Assembly: GCF_016432865.1 (NCBI RefSeq)
Contig: NC_067399.1
Span: 601,524,001-601,588,000, forward strand
Length of the DNA stretch: 64,000 nt
From: Antechinus flavipes
Taxonomy: Eukaryota
Direction of reading: 5' to 3'
Shown: positions 11,915-22,948 of the stretch, piece by piece
Numbering within the stretch: the stretch's first letter is position 1
How the letters are laid out: each line of letters begins with the position of its first letter
The notes under the pieces: model-generated
Database searches by the model: none
The model's input: only the letters and a program-made list of their open reading frames with translations
What the model was told of the DNA's origin: nothing
Made by a program: the position numbers and the translations under genes

Positions 11915-12120
11915 TGATAACATGTATACAGTGCTTTAAAGTTTTCAAAATGCTTTACAAATATTTTACCATTTGATCCTGGGAGTTGAGTATTGCTTAT
12001 TATCTCCGTTTACAGATGAAAAAATGGAAGCAAAAGGTAATGTTATTTGCTCAGGGTCACCCAGTTAGTATTTGAGTCAGGATTTTAATTTGAGACTTCT
12101 TGACTTTAGTCACAATTCTG
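11915..12120 (-). mobile_element. MIR-type SINE
   Basis: gtgctttaaagttttcaaaatgctttac...tttacagatgaaaaaatggaagc...gctcagggtcaccc. Confidence 0.65.
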
Positions 12121-12434
12121 CCCAATGGTACCACCTGTGCAAATACATTGTGGCAAATGCCCAGTAGAAATTATGAACTACAGATTTGTAATGGACACAA
12201 TTGGCAAGGTTGTATTTAGCATTCCATAGTTTAAAAGTAGGAGCTGTTACTGATTTTTCTTTAGAGTGTCTTATCATTCAACAAGTTCTGAAATTTCCTA
12301 ATCTCTTCTAGATAAGGTTGTTAGGAGAGAAGCAATTTGTATACTGATATAATCCATTTAATGCAGCAAATACTTGTTAAAAGTCTCTTTATATACCAGG
12401 TACTATGATAAAGCTGGGGATATGAAGCAAAAAC

Positions 12435-12988
12435 TGATGAGGTGTGAGAATTGAGGGTAAGAGATCCCCTAACAGCAATGGGATCTCCTTGGCCAGTGGT
12501 AGGCTTTGCCAAAGAATCTTTCACAAACCCCAGTGAATACAGGCATTAGGTTTGTGACAAAGAATGGGATTTATTTACACTAAGAAGACAGTTTTCTTAG
12601 TAGGCCTTTCTGATTAGGAACTTGGCAAAGATCGGTTAACACTGTGAAAGAAAACATCTTCAGCAGTGGGCAAAATCCTGTTAGGATTTCTGCTAAGATT
12701 TGGGGTTCAGAATTTCCTTTCATTTAGCCTTCTGAGGCTTTTTCAGGGTTTTCCCAGTTCCACAGCTGGGAGCAGTTGGAGGGATTAATCTTCAATTCAA
12801 TAGAAGGTGGTGATTATGCCACTGACCAAGCTCTCCAATTGAATGAGACCACTTAACTTGGAAAAGGTGTTGTCTGGGAAGGTGTGCCCCTCCCAGGTGA
12901 AAGCATGAGACCTGGAATCACCCTTCTCCCACAGATTAAAGTTTATTATAGTTTCAGGGTTGTCCCAAAGGGGACACAATTTACATCA
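12435..12988 (-). mobile_element. Solo ERV LTR (554 bp, class-I-like) inserted in an L2
   Basis: Termini TGATG...CATCA; 4-bp TSD AAAC (12431-12434, 12989-12992); AATAAA on the minus strand at 12570-12575; the L2 sequence resumes on both sides. Confidence 0.8.
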
Positions 12989-15481
12989 AAACAAAAGAAT
13001 CTTTTTTTCTCTATGATCCTTTCATTCTGTTAAGGTGTACCCGTATTCTTTCCCTTTGCCTCACTACTATTCTACACTGGGCACCCTAGGAATGCTAATG
13101 TACAAAGCTGTGCATAGCCTAAGGCCATCCTGCCCCAAGGGTCCCTGCTGTATTAACCTCCCACCTTTCTCCATCTTTACTGACTCTTCCAAAGCATTGC
13201 TGGGATACATCCTATAGGAAGAAGTAAATTGTCTTTGTCATTCTCTGTATTCTGACCCCTACTTCCCTTCCCAATCTTTGTCTATTCTTCCCCCTGAAAG
13301 AAAGCAGTGTCTGGTGCCATTGTATTGCTCTTCCCAGGGAAGAAGATTCTTTGTAAAACACACACACGTTCACACACACAGGTACCAACTCAGGGATGCT
13401 ACAAGTGAGACAGTATCACACCTTTCTGAACTGTAGCCTCACAGACATTTTTTACTAGTACCTGATACCTATATAATAGGTTTTTAAAAATATTGGTGGA
13501 GAAATATTCTTTCAAAAATCACCAAAAGTGTTTTCTTTAGTGTATATGTATTTATTGTTATTTTTTGCTATGAAATTTTCCTTTGACAACAGTAATGCCA
13601 TCTATGCTGCATAGCTGTGATTGTCCTGAAATATAATAATATGAATCTTAACTTGGAAAGTTTGAGTGGGTGAGAGTATTCTAAAAGTTAATAATTCTTC
13701 AGGAACAAGGATGTCAAGACAGCAACTTCGTAATGCCAAAACTCCATCAAAACTCCTTGACAAACTCTTATGTTCTATCCTAAAAAAAGTTCCAAGTGAA
13801 ACTTTTATTTCATAAGTGGTTCTCCTCAGGACTGTTAATGCTGCCTACTTAAAGTGGGCCCCTGGCTAAAACTTTGAAACTATTCTCTGAATATGGTTTC
13901 TATTAAATATCATAAATGTCTTTCATCTTGTTTGCTTGTTCAACTCTAAAGAACATTTGGAGAGGCGTGAAAATGAGGTGTTATAAGACTTCACAAGCAG
14001 TGCCAGACAGGCTTCAGAGGAAGGTTTTTGTAGACCTTGAGAACCAATCCTTGATCCTCCTATTAAGTAACTGAGAGAATGGACAACTACAAGGCCTCGA
14101 GTCCCCAGGATACAGTTTCAGAAACTTTGAGGCCTCTGCTGAGTTGTGTGACACTAGGAAAAGTGGCTTTGTCACCATTAAGGCACCATTAAGAGTACAA
14201 GAGGCAAAAAGTATTTGGGGATGACTTACCTGTTAGTGTTTGGGAGATAATTATAAGATTTTCAACCCTTTAGACTTAACAGGACTAAATATAGTCAAGA
14301 ATGGAGAATTCACACTTTTGCAAAGTATTTCATTAGAAAGGAGAAATTGGATAGGAAGAGCTGGGAAGAATTTAAGACAAAATCAACAGTCAAGTGAAAT
14401 AGATTCTCTATTTACTGCCTGGAATTTAAGACTCCTTTGAAAGAATGATCTTAGGAAATGAAGGGGGTAAGAGAATTGGTTGGATATGGGATAGAGAAAA
14501 AAAGAGATAGGTGCTCCTTCATAGCAGAGAGTTTTGAAAACATTAACTGTTCATAGGAATTCCTAGGTATGAAAATAACCAAAAAGTTATTTATCATCCA
14601 AACTCATTGTGGCCTTGTGTGTATAAACTTTTCTTCCCTGATCAGGAAAATCAGCAGAACTCACACTCAAGTCTTCCTGACTCCAAGGCTGATTCTCTAT
14701 CCACTGTGTGAAAAGCAACTTCATGTAGGGGATGGAGTGCCAGCTTTTGAGTCCACCTTAGGGTGCCATAGATCTGAATACAATCAGATCCCGATTGAGC
14801 TCACCATGACATATTGTTTATAAGTTCCTAAAGCACAGGAACAATTAGCATTGGTACCCTCAATGGCTACAAGATAGGTATCTTAATTATTTATTCTAAT
14901 AACTTTTTCTTAAGAAATATCCATTGATTTAAAAAAAAACTTTGAAACAAAAAAAATTACTTGTCTGAAAATATATTAAATAAACTAAATTTTCTTCTTG
15001 ATATAGTTTGCTTTTTTAACCTATCATTCCCAATAAACCACAGACCTCTTTGAAATTAAAGAAAAAGTTAAGCAAAACCAATGGGTAAAGTAGCTGTGTT
15101 ATTGCAACATATGCACCCATAAGTTCATCTCCTAGAGGAAGTAAGTGAAGAGGGGGATAGTACTCAAAAACTGGTTGGATCAGAAATTGCTTCATGTGCC
15201 CTGAACATAGTAGGTGTTTAATGTTTGTTGAATTGAAAAAGTGAAATGTTGCTGCAACTTGCCATGATTTCATGAGGGGAGTATGTATCTCACATTTTAA
15301 TCAAGCTAGCTTATGGAGTGCTACAACACACTGAACAGAAGAGTCATCAAGTGTATCTGTTAGCTAGGATTGAGTAGAAACACAAAATGTGTGCCCTTGT
15401 AGAAAAACCAGTAAATGTAAAGGATCAACAGTAAATGAATATATGTATGTCCATACATATGTAAATATGTTTCTATATGTA

Positions 15482-15565
15482 TGTCTGGAGAAGGAAATGG
15501 CAAACCACTGTAGATTCTGCAAAGAAATCTCAAATGGGGTCATGAGTCAGACATGACTAAAACAA
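15482..15565 (+). mobile_element. RTE/BovB-like 3' end (MAR1-type tail)
   Basis: ggagaaggaaatggcaaaccactgtag...aaatggggtcatgagtcagacatgactaaaacaa. Confidence 0.7.
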
Positions 15566-15589
15566 GAATTAGAAATATTTTAACTTCAT

Positions 15590-15900
15590 TATCTCAGTGC
15601 TTGATAAACCCAAGAAAATAAATGGGATGGGTAAGGATTCTCTATTTAATAAAAACAAAACAAAACAAAACAAAACAACAACAAAAAAAAAACTTCTGGG
15701 AATTGGGCAGAAATGTAGATTTAGATCAGATCTTATATATTACAAAAAGTACCAAATGAATATGCAACCTAAATGTAAGTGGAATTGTCATGTTATTCTC
15801 CCATTCATCCCCATTCTAATAAAGATTTAAATGGAAGAAGCTATTTTTCATCACTATGGCTAGGGGGAGAATTCCTAAGGCAATAAGATAGGTGAGATCA
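15590..15900 (+). mobile_element. Degenerate L1 ORF2 fragment
   Basis: gtgcttgataaacccaag...ggtaaggattctctatttaataaaa; parallels the ORF2 segment FDKPKD-WGK-SLF of the younger L1 at 34371. Confidence 0.55.
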
Positions 15901-16420
15901 TAAAAGAAAAAATACATATTTTCCCCTATATTAAATTTAGGCCTTTTTGTACAAACAAACACAGACTAAGAAGAGAAGATACTTGAGGAATTCACTTTCC
16001 TCAAATACATTTTATTTCAATTTTCACTTTAATTTCAAATACACTTTAATTGAAGAGGGTGCCTTGAACATTTATAGAGCACCCATTCTTTTGCAGAGAG
16101 CTATGACTGTCCTTCAGGTGGGAGTGAGAGGGTTAGTGCACAATTTAACAGAGTTCCTGCTTTCAAGGATCTTGCAACCTAGAAAGGTGAGCCCCATTTA
16201 AACTAGAAAGGTGATTCCCATTTAAACTTAAACTTTGGAATTTGCTTCTGCCTTAGGAAGCCCAATTTTGGATTATTAACATTTCATCTGGGAAGTGGAA
16301 GAAGAAAGACAACTGGTGAGATTCAGTTATGTTATTTGCTCACAAGATACTTGAAATCAAGGACTCAAAAAGTTTGGATTTGGTGATTTTCAGTTTCTCA
16401 TCTGTTCTTAAAATTGTGTG

Positions 16421-16525
16421 AGGGGCAGGTAAGTGGTACCGTGGGTAGAGTGCTGTCCCTGGAATTGGGAGGACCTAAGTTGAAATGCAGCCTCAGATGT
16501 TACCTGTAACTGAGGAAATCACTTT
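16421..16525 (+). mobile_element. tRNA-derived CORE-SINE (MAR1/WSINE-like)
   Basis: ggggcaggtaagtggtaccgtgggtagagtgctgtccctggaattgggaggacctaagttgaaatgcagcctcaga. Confidence 0.7.
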
Positions 16526-18425
16526 AAAATATAAAATAAATGTATATGTGTACCTGTGTATTGTGCTCCTGTTGTAAGCTTCAAGTGATTGAGTGCTGCC
16601 AGAAACGAAAAGTAAAGTTTATTGCCTTGGCTGTATTTTAAGAAACTCATTCCATCTGCTTCCAGCAATTCTTCTCCATGAGATTTCCCCTGTCAATGTT
16701 AAGCAAGTCTCCTCCTGCCTGACAAAACTCAAACCATTATTCTCACTTGCATTTCTAGTTTCAACTCAGATTCATGTCTCATGCTCTCTGCCCAGTTTCA
16801 CTTTGCTAAGTAAGCTCTGTGTGATGAATAAAAAGTTTGAGAGAGATAGTTTCTGGGCAATTAATCATTTTATTAGTCATGCTAGCAATAATTAATAAAA
16901 GGGTCAGTGACATTCTCAAATACCAAAGACCCAACGAAAAGAGGATGCATCAGTCAACTCTGTTTAATTAACAAGTAACTGAGAGAATGAATATTATAAT
17001 GGGAGGTATGTTTATTCTAATTAGATCTGGAGGACATGACTGATTATTCAGTATTGGTTGAAAAGATTTATCTATACTATATCATTCCATCTGGGACAAT
17101 CTAGACCAAAGGAAGAATCCACTTTTCCCAAAACCTATCTGAGAAACACAATGGGACCAGAATCTTATCAATTTATTTTAACTAAAATTTCTTTACCTTT
17201 TGAACAAATCTGAGTTTTTCCTCTCATTATCAGCCTTTTACTTCAAAGGCTACCTGAATACTGGGACTGATTTTTGAATCCCAGTAGGATTCAAATAAAG
17301 GAGTAGAAAAGGGGAAAAATAATAATAATTACTTAGAAAATAAGAGAGAAATAATCATTCTTCTCATCTTCTACCTTGTGAATTTTTACTTGGGAAAAAT
17401 CAGTCCCACACTCTATACCCCAGTTTTATATGTGTGAACTTAGGCTCAATTACTGGAAAGAGCATGATTTAGGTAGCCTTAGTCACTAACTTTTTATGTG
17501 ATATTACACAGGCCTTTGGGTTCTCCACTATTCAGTTCAGATGAAAAATCCTGCCCCATTCCTTCCTTAAAGAGTTTTGAGGATTTAAGTGAATAATGTA
17601 TATAAAATGCTTAGAAAAAGGAAATATACTTTAAGTCAAAATAAGGGAGAAATTTTTACCAAAAAAATTCATTGGATCTGGATCTAAGAAGACCAGTTTT
17701 CAAAGTCACTCTTGGATCATTTAGAAGCTATGTGACCATGAAAAAGTTAGTTGGAATTTGAGACATCTCAACTCTTTAATCTAGATCTGTTTCTGTAAGC
17801 AGCATTGCATATTGTAAAGAATAAATGTCCCCTTATTGGTCAGTTAATGACATTTATATAACATCTTTCTATCATTACATGTCTTCTACCTTAATTAAGG
17901 TCACAGTACTGAGGCAGTACAGTGCCTCCCACTTCCCATCATGCTTAGAGACTTTAATATTTATTGTTGAAAGTTCACAATGTTCATATTGGTGACTTCT
18001 CTAAAACTTGACTTCTCACTTCCTTAACCACTTTTTGCTAATAACTTCATTTTCCACCCAATTTCACATACAAATAAGTGTAGCTCTTTCTTAGACATCA
18101 TTATTTTAAAAGTTGGAACTTTGAAAGTTAACTCTAATTACAGCCTTCTATTCTTCCACATGTTCCATGATCTTAATCAAATCATAAGAAACTCTTCACT
18201 CCTAAAATCTCTAGTCTCTTTACCAAATACTAATCTAGACCATTTTAACTAGTTTTACTTGAGTTAATATCTTTCTTTCATCACAGTCTTCCACTTTGAT
18301 GTCTTAATAGCTACTATATTACAATCCGTCCAGTTCTCCTCAAACTTCTACCTTTTCAATAGTCTTCATTCCTTGATAATACTCACCATCTGATATCTCT
18401 GGCCCCTTTTTCTAGTACAACTAAG

Positions 18426-18869
18426 AATTGGTGGAGAACATGACAAAAAACCAGGTAGGGTAGAGTTTACCTGCTACAGATTGGTTGTTGGAGGGCTTAC
18501 AGGAACTATTGGATTCCTGGCACATGAACTAATGGACAATGGATTCCTTATGGACTATTTCTAGGACTTATGGCCATGTGTAAATTTTCAGGTTGATTCA
18601 TGTTGTTACATTACTACTAGCCTGTGTTATATTGCTATGTGCTTATGTAAATTATGTGTAATGCCTCCCATATTGATGGATTTATGTATACCATGTATAT
18701 CTGTTACAAAGTTCTGGCCCATATTGATGGATTTATGTATACCATGTATATCTGTTACAAAGTTCTGGCCCATATTGATGGATTTATGTGTACCCCTTCA
18801 GAAACCCACTAATCTGATTAGATTTCCTATATCCTTTGGTGTTTTCATCTAACAAAAGAAAGGGGGAGA
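18426..18869 (+). mobile_element. ERV internal remnant with polypurine tract
   Basis: Ends in PPT AAAAGAAAGGGGGAGA (18854-18869) directly abutting the TGTTGG LTR start; betaretrovirus-like PPT. Confidence 0.75.
18667..18794 (+). repeat. 51-bp tandem repeat, ~2.5 copies, inside the ERV internal region
   Basis: Unit CCCATATTGATGGATTTATGTATACCATGTATATCTGTTACAAAGTTCTGG at 18667-18717 and 18718-18768 (identical), partial third copy from 18769. Confidence 0.95.
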
Positions 18870-19549
18870 TGTTGGAATCCTTACAAACTGCTAACTAATT
18901 AGAGTTGATCTAATCTTACAAGAAGATTTTGGCCAGAACCTGAAACAAGGTACTAAGTAGAACTAATTAGTACAATGCTTGTGTTTACACCTTTGTGTTC
19001 ACACCTCCCTTAAAGCTCTTTGGGCCAGAGAGCACTATGGGAGAAAACCCATAATCCCATTCTCTCAGAAGATTCACATATAAGGCCAATGAGGAGAGGG
19101 AGCTATTCCAGAATACATTTTCCACTTGGCTGGCTGGTCGCAGAGGAGAGTTCAGCTGGACTGGAGAGGAGCGACTCTGGTGCAGACAGAGAGCACTTTG
19201 ACAGATTTCAGCGGAGTTACACCAGAAGCCCTCTCTCCGAGGCAAGGCAAGGCAGAATATATATTCCACTTGGCTGGCTGGTCGCAGAAGAGAGTTCAGC
19301 TGCATTGGAGAGGAGTTGGTGGCTGGGCTCCTGCACGCCCCGCACTGAGACCAAGCTGGTCTGAAAGACTCACCAGAAAGCTAGCCGAGCCCCAAGTGAA
19401 GGAGACAAGAGATTCATTCCATCTCTGTGTTGGTCGGAGGCTGAAGAAAGCAGAGGCAGAGGCTGAAGGACAGAACCTTTGGATTTGGAGACATCCGGAG
19501 GGCTCTAAGCTAAACCGGCTGTGTTTTGAGAAGAACAAGAACTCCAACA
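18870..19549 (+). mobile_element. ERV LTR (class II-like), CpG-rich and young
   Basis: 7-bp terminal inverted repeat TGTTGGA...TCCAACA; preceded by the PPT; homologous to the LTR at 20154-20797. Confidence 0.88.
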
Positions 19550-20153
19550 TTTGAACTCCAACAATTGGTAGTGTACAATCTGAGCTAGTTGTTCATGGCT
19601 GTTTGATAATTTTCCTATGCTGCCCTTATTGACACCCTATCTCATTTCCAACATCTGTTCCAAATCTTTTTTTACATCTCCTTCCTAACCTGATTCTGAG
19701 CCTTATGCTAACTAGCACAGACTTTACTGTGATTATGTCCATCTGGTATGAGTTCTCTTAAGACCTTTTTTTTCCTTTCTCAAACCTTCTCAGTATCATT
19801 ATATACTCTCTTTATTCTCTCTGATAATAAAAGAAGAGGTATTTCAACTCCTCAGACTAATTGAATACAGATCCATTCTACCTAATCTTCACCACCAGAA
19901 GGTTAGACACCCATGTGATAAAAATTTTTCAGTCCTAACAACTTATAAAACAATATATTATGATGTAGGATGTTACAATCTGAATTAGTAGCAGACATAA
20001 TATATTTCTTAGCTATCTCAACATCATATATCTAGAACTGGAAGATACCTAAGAGACCATCTAATTCAATTCTTCTATTTTGCAGATAAGGAAGCGCGAA
20101 ACCTGGGGAGGTTGACTAAGGTATACCAATAGAAAGCATCATAAGGGCTTTTG

Positions 20154-20797
20154 TATTGGAATCTTTACAAACTTTTAAGTCATTAGAGTTGATAGAGACA
20201 ATAATTATCTAATTTAGCATGGTTCATCATTGATCTGATCTTACAAGGAGATGTTTTGGGCCAGAACCTGAAACAAGGTACTAAGCAGAACTAATAGAAA
20301 CAATGCTTGTGTTCACACCTTTAGAGAGCTCATATAAGCAAGAAGTATTTAAGTACTTATTGGAGTTCACAAAGTAAACTTTGTAACTTTGTGAATTCAC
20401 ACCTCCCCTGAAGCTCTTTGAGCCAGAGAGCACTCTGGGAGAAATCCCACAATCTCTCTCTCGAAGAAGGAGCATAAATAGAGCTTCAGTGAGCCCAGTC
20501 AAGGGAGTTCAGCTGAAGACTGAGAAGGGAGCATCAGTTCAGTTGAAGAGAAGCACTCTCTCAGAGGTGCAACCAGATTCATCTTCATCTCACACCACTG
20601 TGGTGGCTGAGCTCCTGCACTTCCCCCACTGAGACCAAGCTGGTCTGAAAGGCTCTCTAGAAAGCTATCCCAGTCCCAAGTGAAGGAGACGAGATCCATT
20701 CCATCTTTGTGCTGGGTGGAGGCTGAAGAAAGCAGAGGCAGAAGCAAAGGACAAACCTAGAGAGAACCATTATATTTTAAAGAAGAAAAACACCGCA
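20154..20797 (+). mobile_element. Solo ERV LTR (class II), related subfamily, inserted in a MIR-type SINE
   Basis: 6-bp TSD CTTTTG at 20148-20153 and 20798-20803; starts TATTGGAATC (compare TGTTGGAATC), ends CCGCA; the SINE resumes across it. Confidence 0.88.
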
Positions 20798-21799
20798 CTT
20801 TTGAACTCATGTCTTCTAATTCTAGAACTAGTGCCATTTCCACTGTACCAGATCATGAATTTTTGAAGAATATACATATTTTGCTATCACATGAAAGGCA
20901 CAATAGGAATAAAGCACCATACTTAGAGCCAATATAGATGGGTTTGAATCATTTCAGATGATTCTGAAGAAAGTGAGTTGTTTATACCTCTATCACTTAT
21001 GCCCTTTACCATCCTCTCATGCATTGTATAGGATTTTGTTCTAGTCATTCATCTCTGTCCCTCATTGATTTCCAAATTTTCCTCCTGATTGGCTCCTTCC
21101 CATCTGCTTGCCAATATGCTGATGAAACCTCTCTTGGACTTTTAAAGTTCTATCCATCTCTCTTTTCTTTTTGGATGATATATACATTTTTTTTTAATAT
21201 CTGAAGCCTCCATATTGTCACTACTTATTGTTTCCTCAAAATGGCTTCCATCCCCACTGATCTCTCACAGCTAATCTATGAGCCTATCAAATCCGCTTTT
21301 TTCCTAGGCCTTCATTCCTTTGATGATGTTCCTTCCATGTTCTTTGTGTAATTCTTTGTTGTTTGGGTTGAATACCTCTACATGTTTCTCTTTGCCCTTG
21401 GAGTGACTTTCAACTTTAGTTTTTCAAGAGTCTGTCCATAATTTTTCATTTTCTAGCATCAGTGGAGGAGTTTAGATGAGTTTTTGTTTTAGAGAGATGT
21501 TTGAAGTCATTAAAAGTAAATTACAAAACCTATTCAATTCTGGGCCTGTGTCTTTGTCAGTACATACTGTTGGTCCAGAACACATGTACCAGTAGATTTG
21601 TTTATTGGGTTACCCATCAAACTTCATTTGATTGTCTAGAAAATGACTATTTCCCCTTTTTTCTTTCCTTTCAGTGGCAAAATAGGCCCCATCTCATATT
21701 ATTACTCTTTATATACTTTTTATGTTTTTGGCCATATTGCTTTCCCTCACTCAAATGTGTCACATACCTTATAACCTTTGTGCCTTTTTTCTTGATTGC

Positions 21800-22090
21800 C
21801 CATGTCTAAAATGCCTATCTTTTCCTTCCCCTGTTAAATTCCTAATTACTCTTTAATGAAATGTCTTCTTCACTGCGAGCCCTTTGTTGGCCCCTCAGTT
21901 AGCACTGACCTTTCTTAATTATCTACTTTGTTTATTATGGTTATTATGGTTATATTATGATTATCTGGGTTTGTGTCTTATCCCCTGTCTAAACTGAGGC
22001 AGGAGTTGTATCATATAAACTTTGCATGTTCCTAGCATCTAGTCCAGTGATTTGTACCCTATAGGTGCTAAATAAAAAGTTGTTGATGAT
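21800..22090 (+). mobile_element. L2 3' end
   Basis: tgtgtcttatcccctgtctaaactgaggcagg...ataggtgctaaataaaaagttgttgatgatg; further L2 remnants at ~18000-18420, 19600-19900 and 21000-21500. Confidence 0.6.
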
Positions 22091-22696
22091 GTTCAATATT
22101 CAAAAACTACAATTCCAATGCTATGTAAAATGATTTCTCCCTCTACTTTTTAGAGAAGATTTAGGCCATCCAATAGGAACTCCAACTCCCATCTTGGAAT
22201 CATCACTCACTTTCTATTTTCCCCTTGTCACAGAGAAGTGTATGCTATGGCTTGAGGAGGAGGTAATCTTTCAAAGATTGTGCTGATGAAACTCACGATG
22301 TGGCTGATCCCACCAAACCCAAGATATTTTGATTATAACTCTGCCGGTGGACTGTTGGTTGTCCAAGGTATTTCAAAAAATGTATTGGCCATCACTTGAT
22401 AGAGGAAATATGTCATCTGTCAGGAGAAGGAGCCATACAATTAAAGTCCAAATCCTTTGTTGCATATTAAGGTATAAGCATCTCTGATTTAAAGGTTTTC
22501 CATGTTGAACTCTTGAGAGGTAGCTGAGTATATGTCCTGCCTTTGTTACACTGATTTTGTAACCTTATCTCCAGACAATCCTCTAAGATAGTACATTGCA
22601 GAACAAGTCTATTCTGCAGGACTGGGGGGAGTTTCTTTACCTGAGAATTCCCAGTGTTCATGAAATCATGTCCCCTCATTCCCTATACTGAGCCAT

Positions 22697-22948
22697 AAGT
22701 GGTGATATGCTGGTAAACTTTTAACAAGATATTGTCTGGGATGGGAAATGCATATAGGATATGCTTAAAAGTATGTTCTGCATTATTAAACATTTTCTCC
22801 CTCACTGAAGTCCAAACAATGAACAAAATAATAAATCAACCCCTTATTTGTAACTTTTCCAGTTTCTGAAGTGTAAATGGTCACAATGAAAATTTTAACA
22901 ATTGGCTCACAAGAGATGGTTCAAGGTGACTCCAATGTATTCTTGGGT
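22697..22948 (+). mobile_element. hAT-Blackjack (MER63-like) DNA transposon remnant
   Basis: agtggtgatatgctggtaaacttttaacaa...aaatcaacccctt...gaaaattttaacaattggctc resembles recalled MER63 termini. Confidence 0.55.

Noticed and set aside
18637-18852. Repetitive Cys-rich peptide or a CRISPR-like array
   Set aside because: Head-to-tail 51-bp repeats with no spacers, in a vertebrate ERV; there is no evidence the ORF is translated.
19020-19554. Overlapping 100-142 aa ORFs
   Set aside because: They lie entirely inside a GC-richer LTR with an internal repeat, and show no recognisable retroviral or host protein motif.
18870-20797. The two LTRs as the 5' and 3' LTRs of one provirus
   Set aside because: They differ substantially, the second has its own 6-bp TSD inside a MIR-type SINE, and the DNA between them is L2/MIR, not retroviral.
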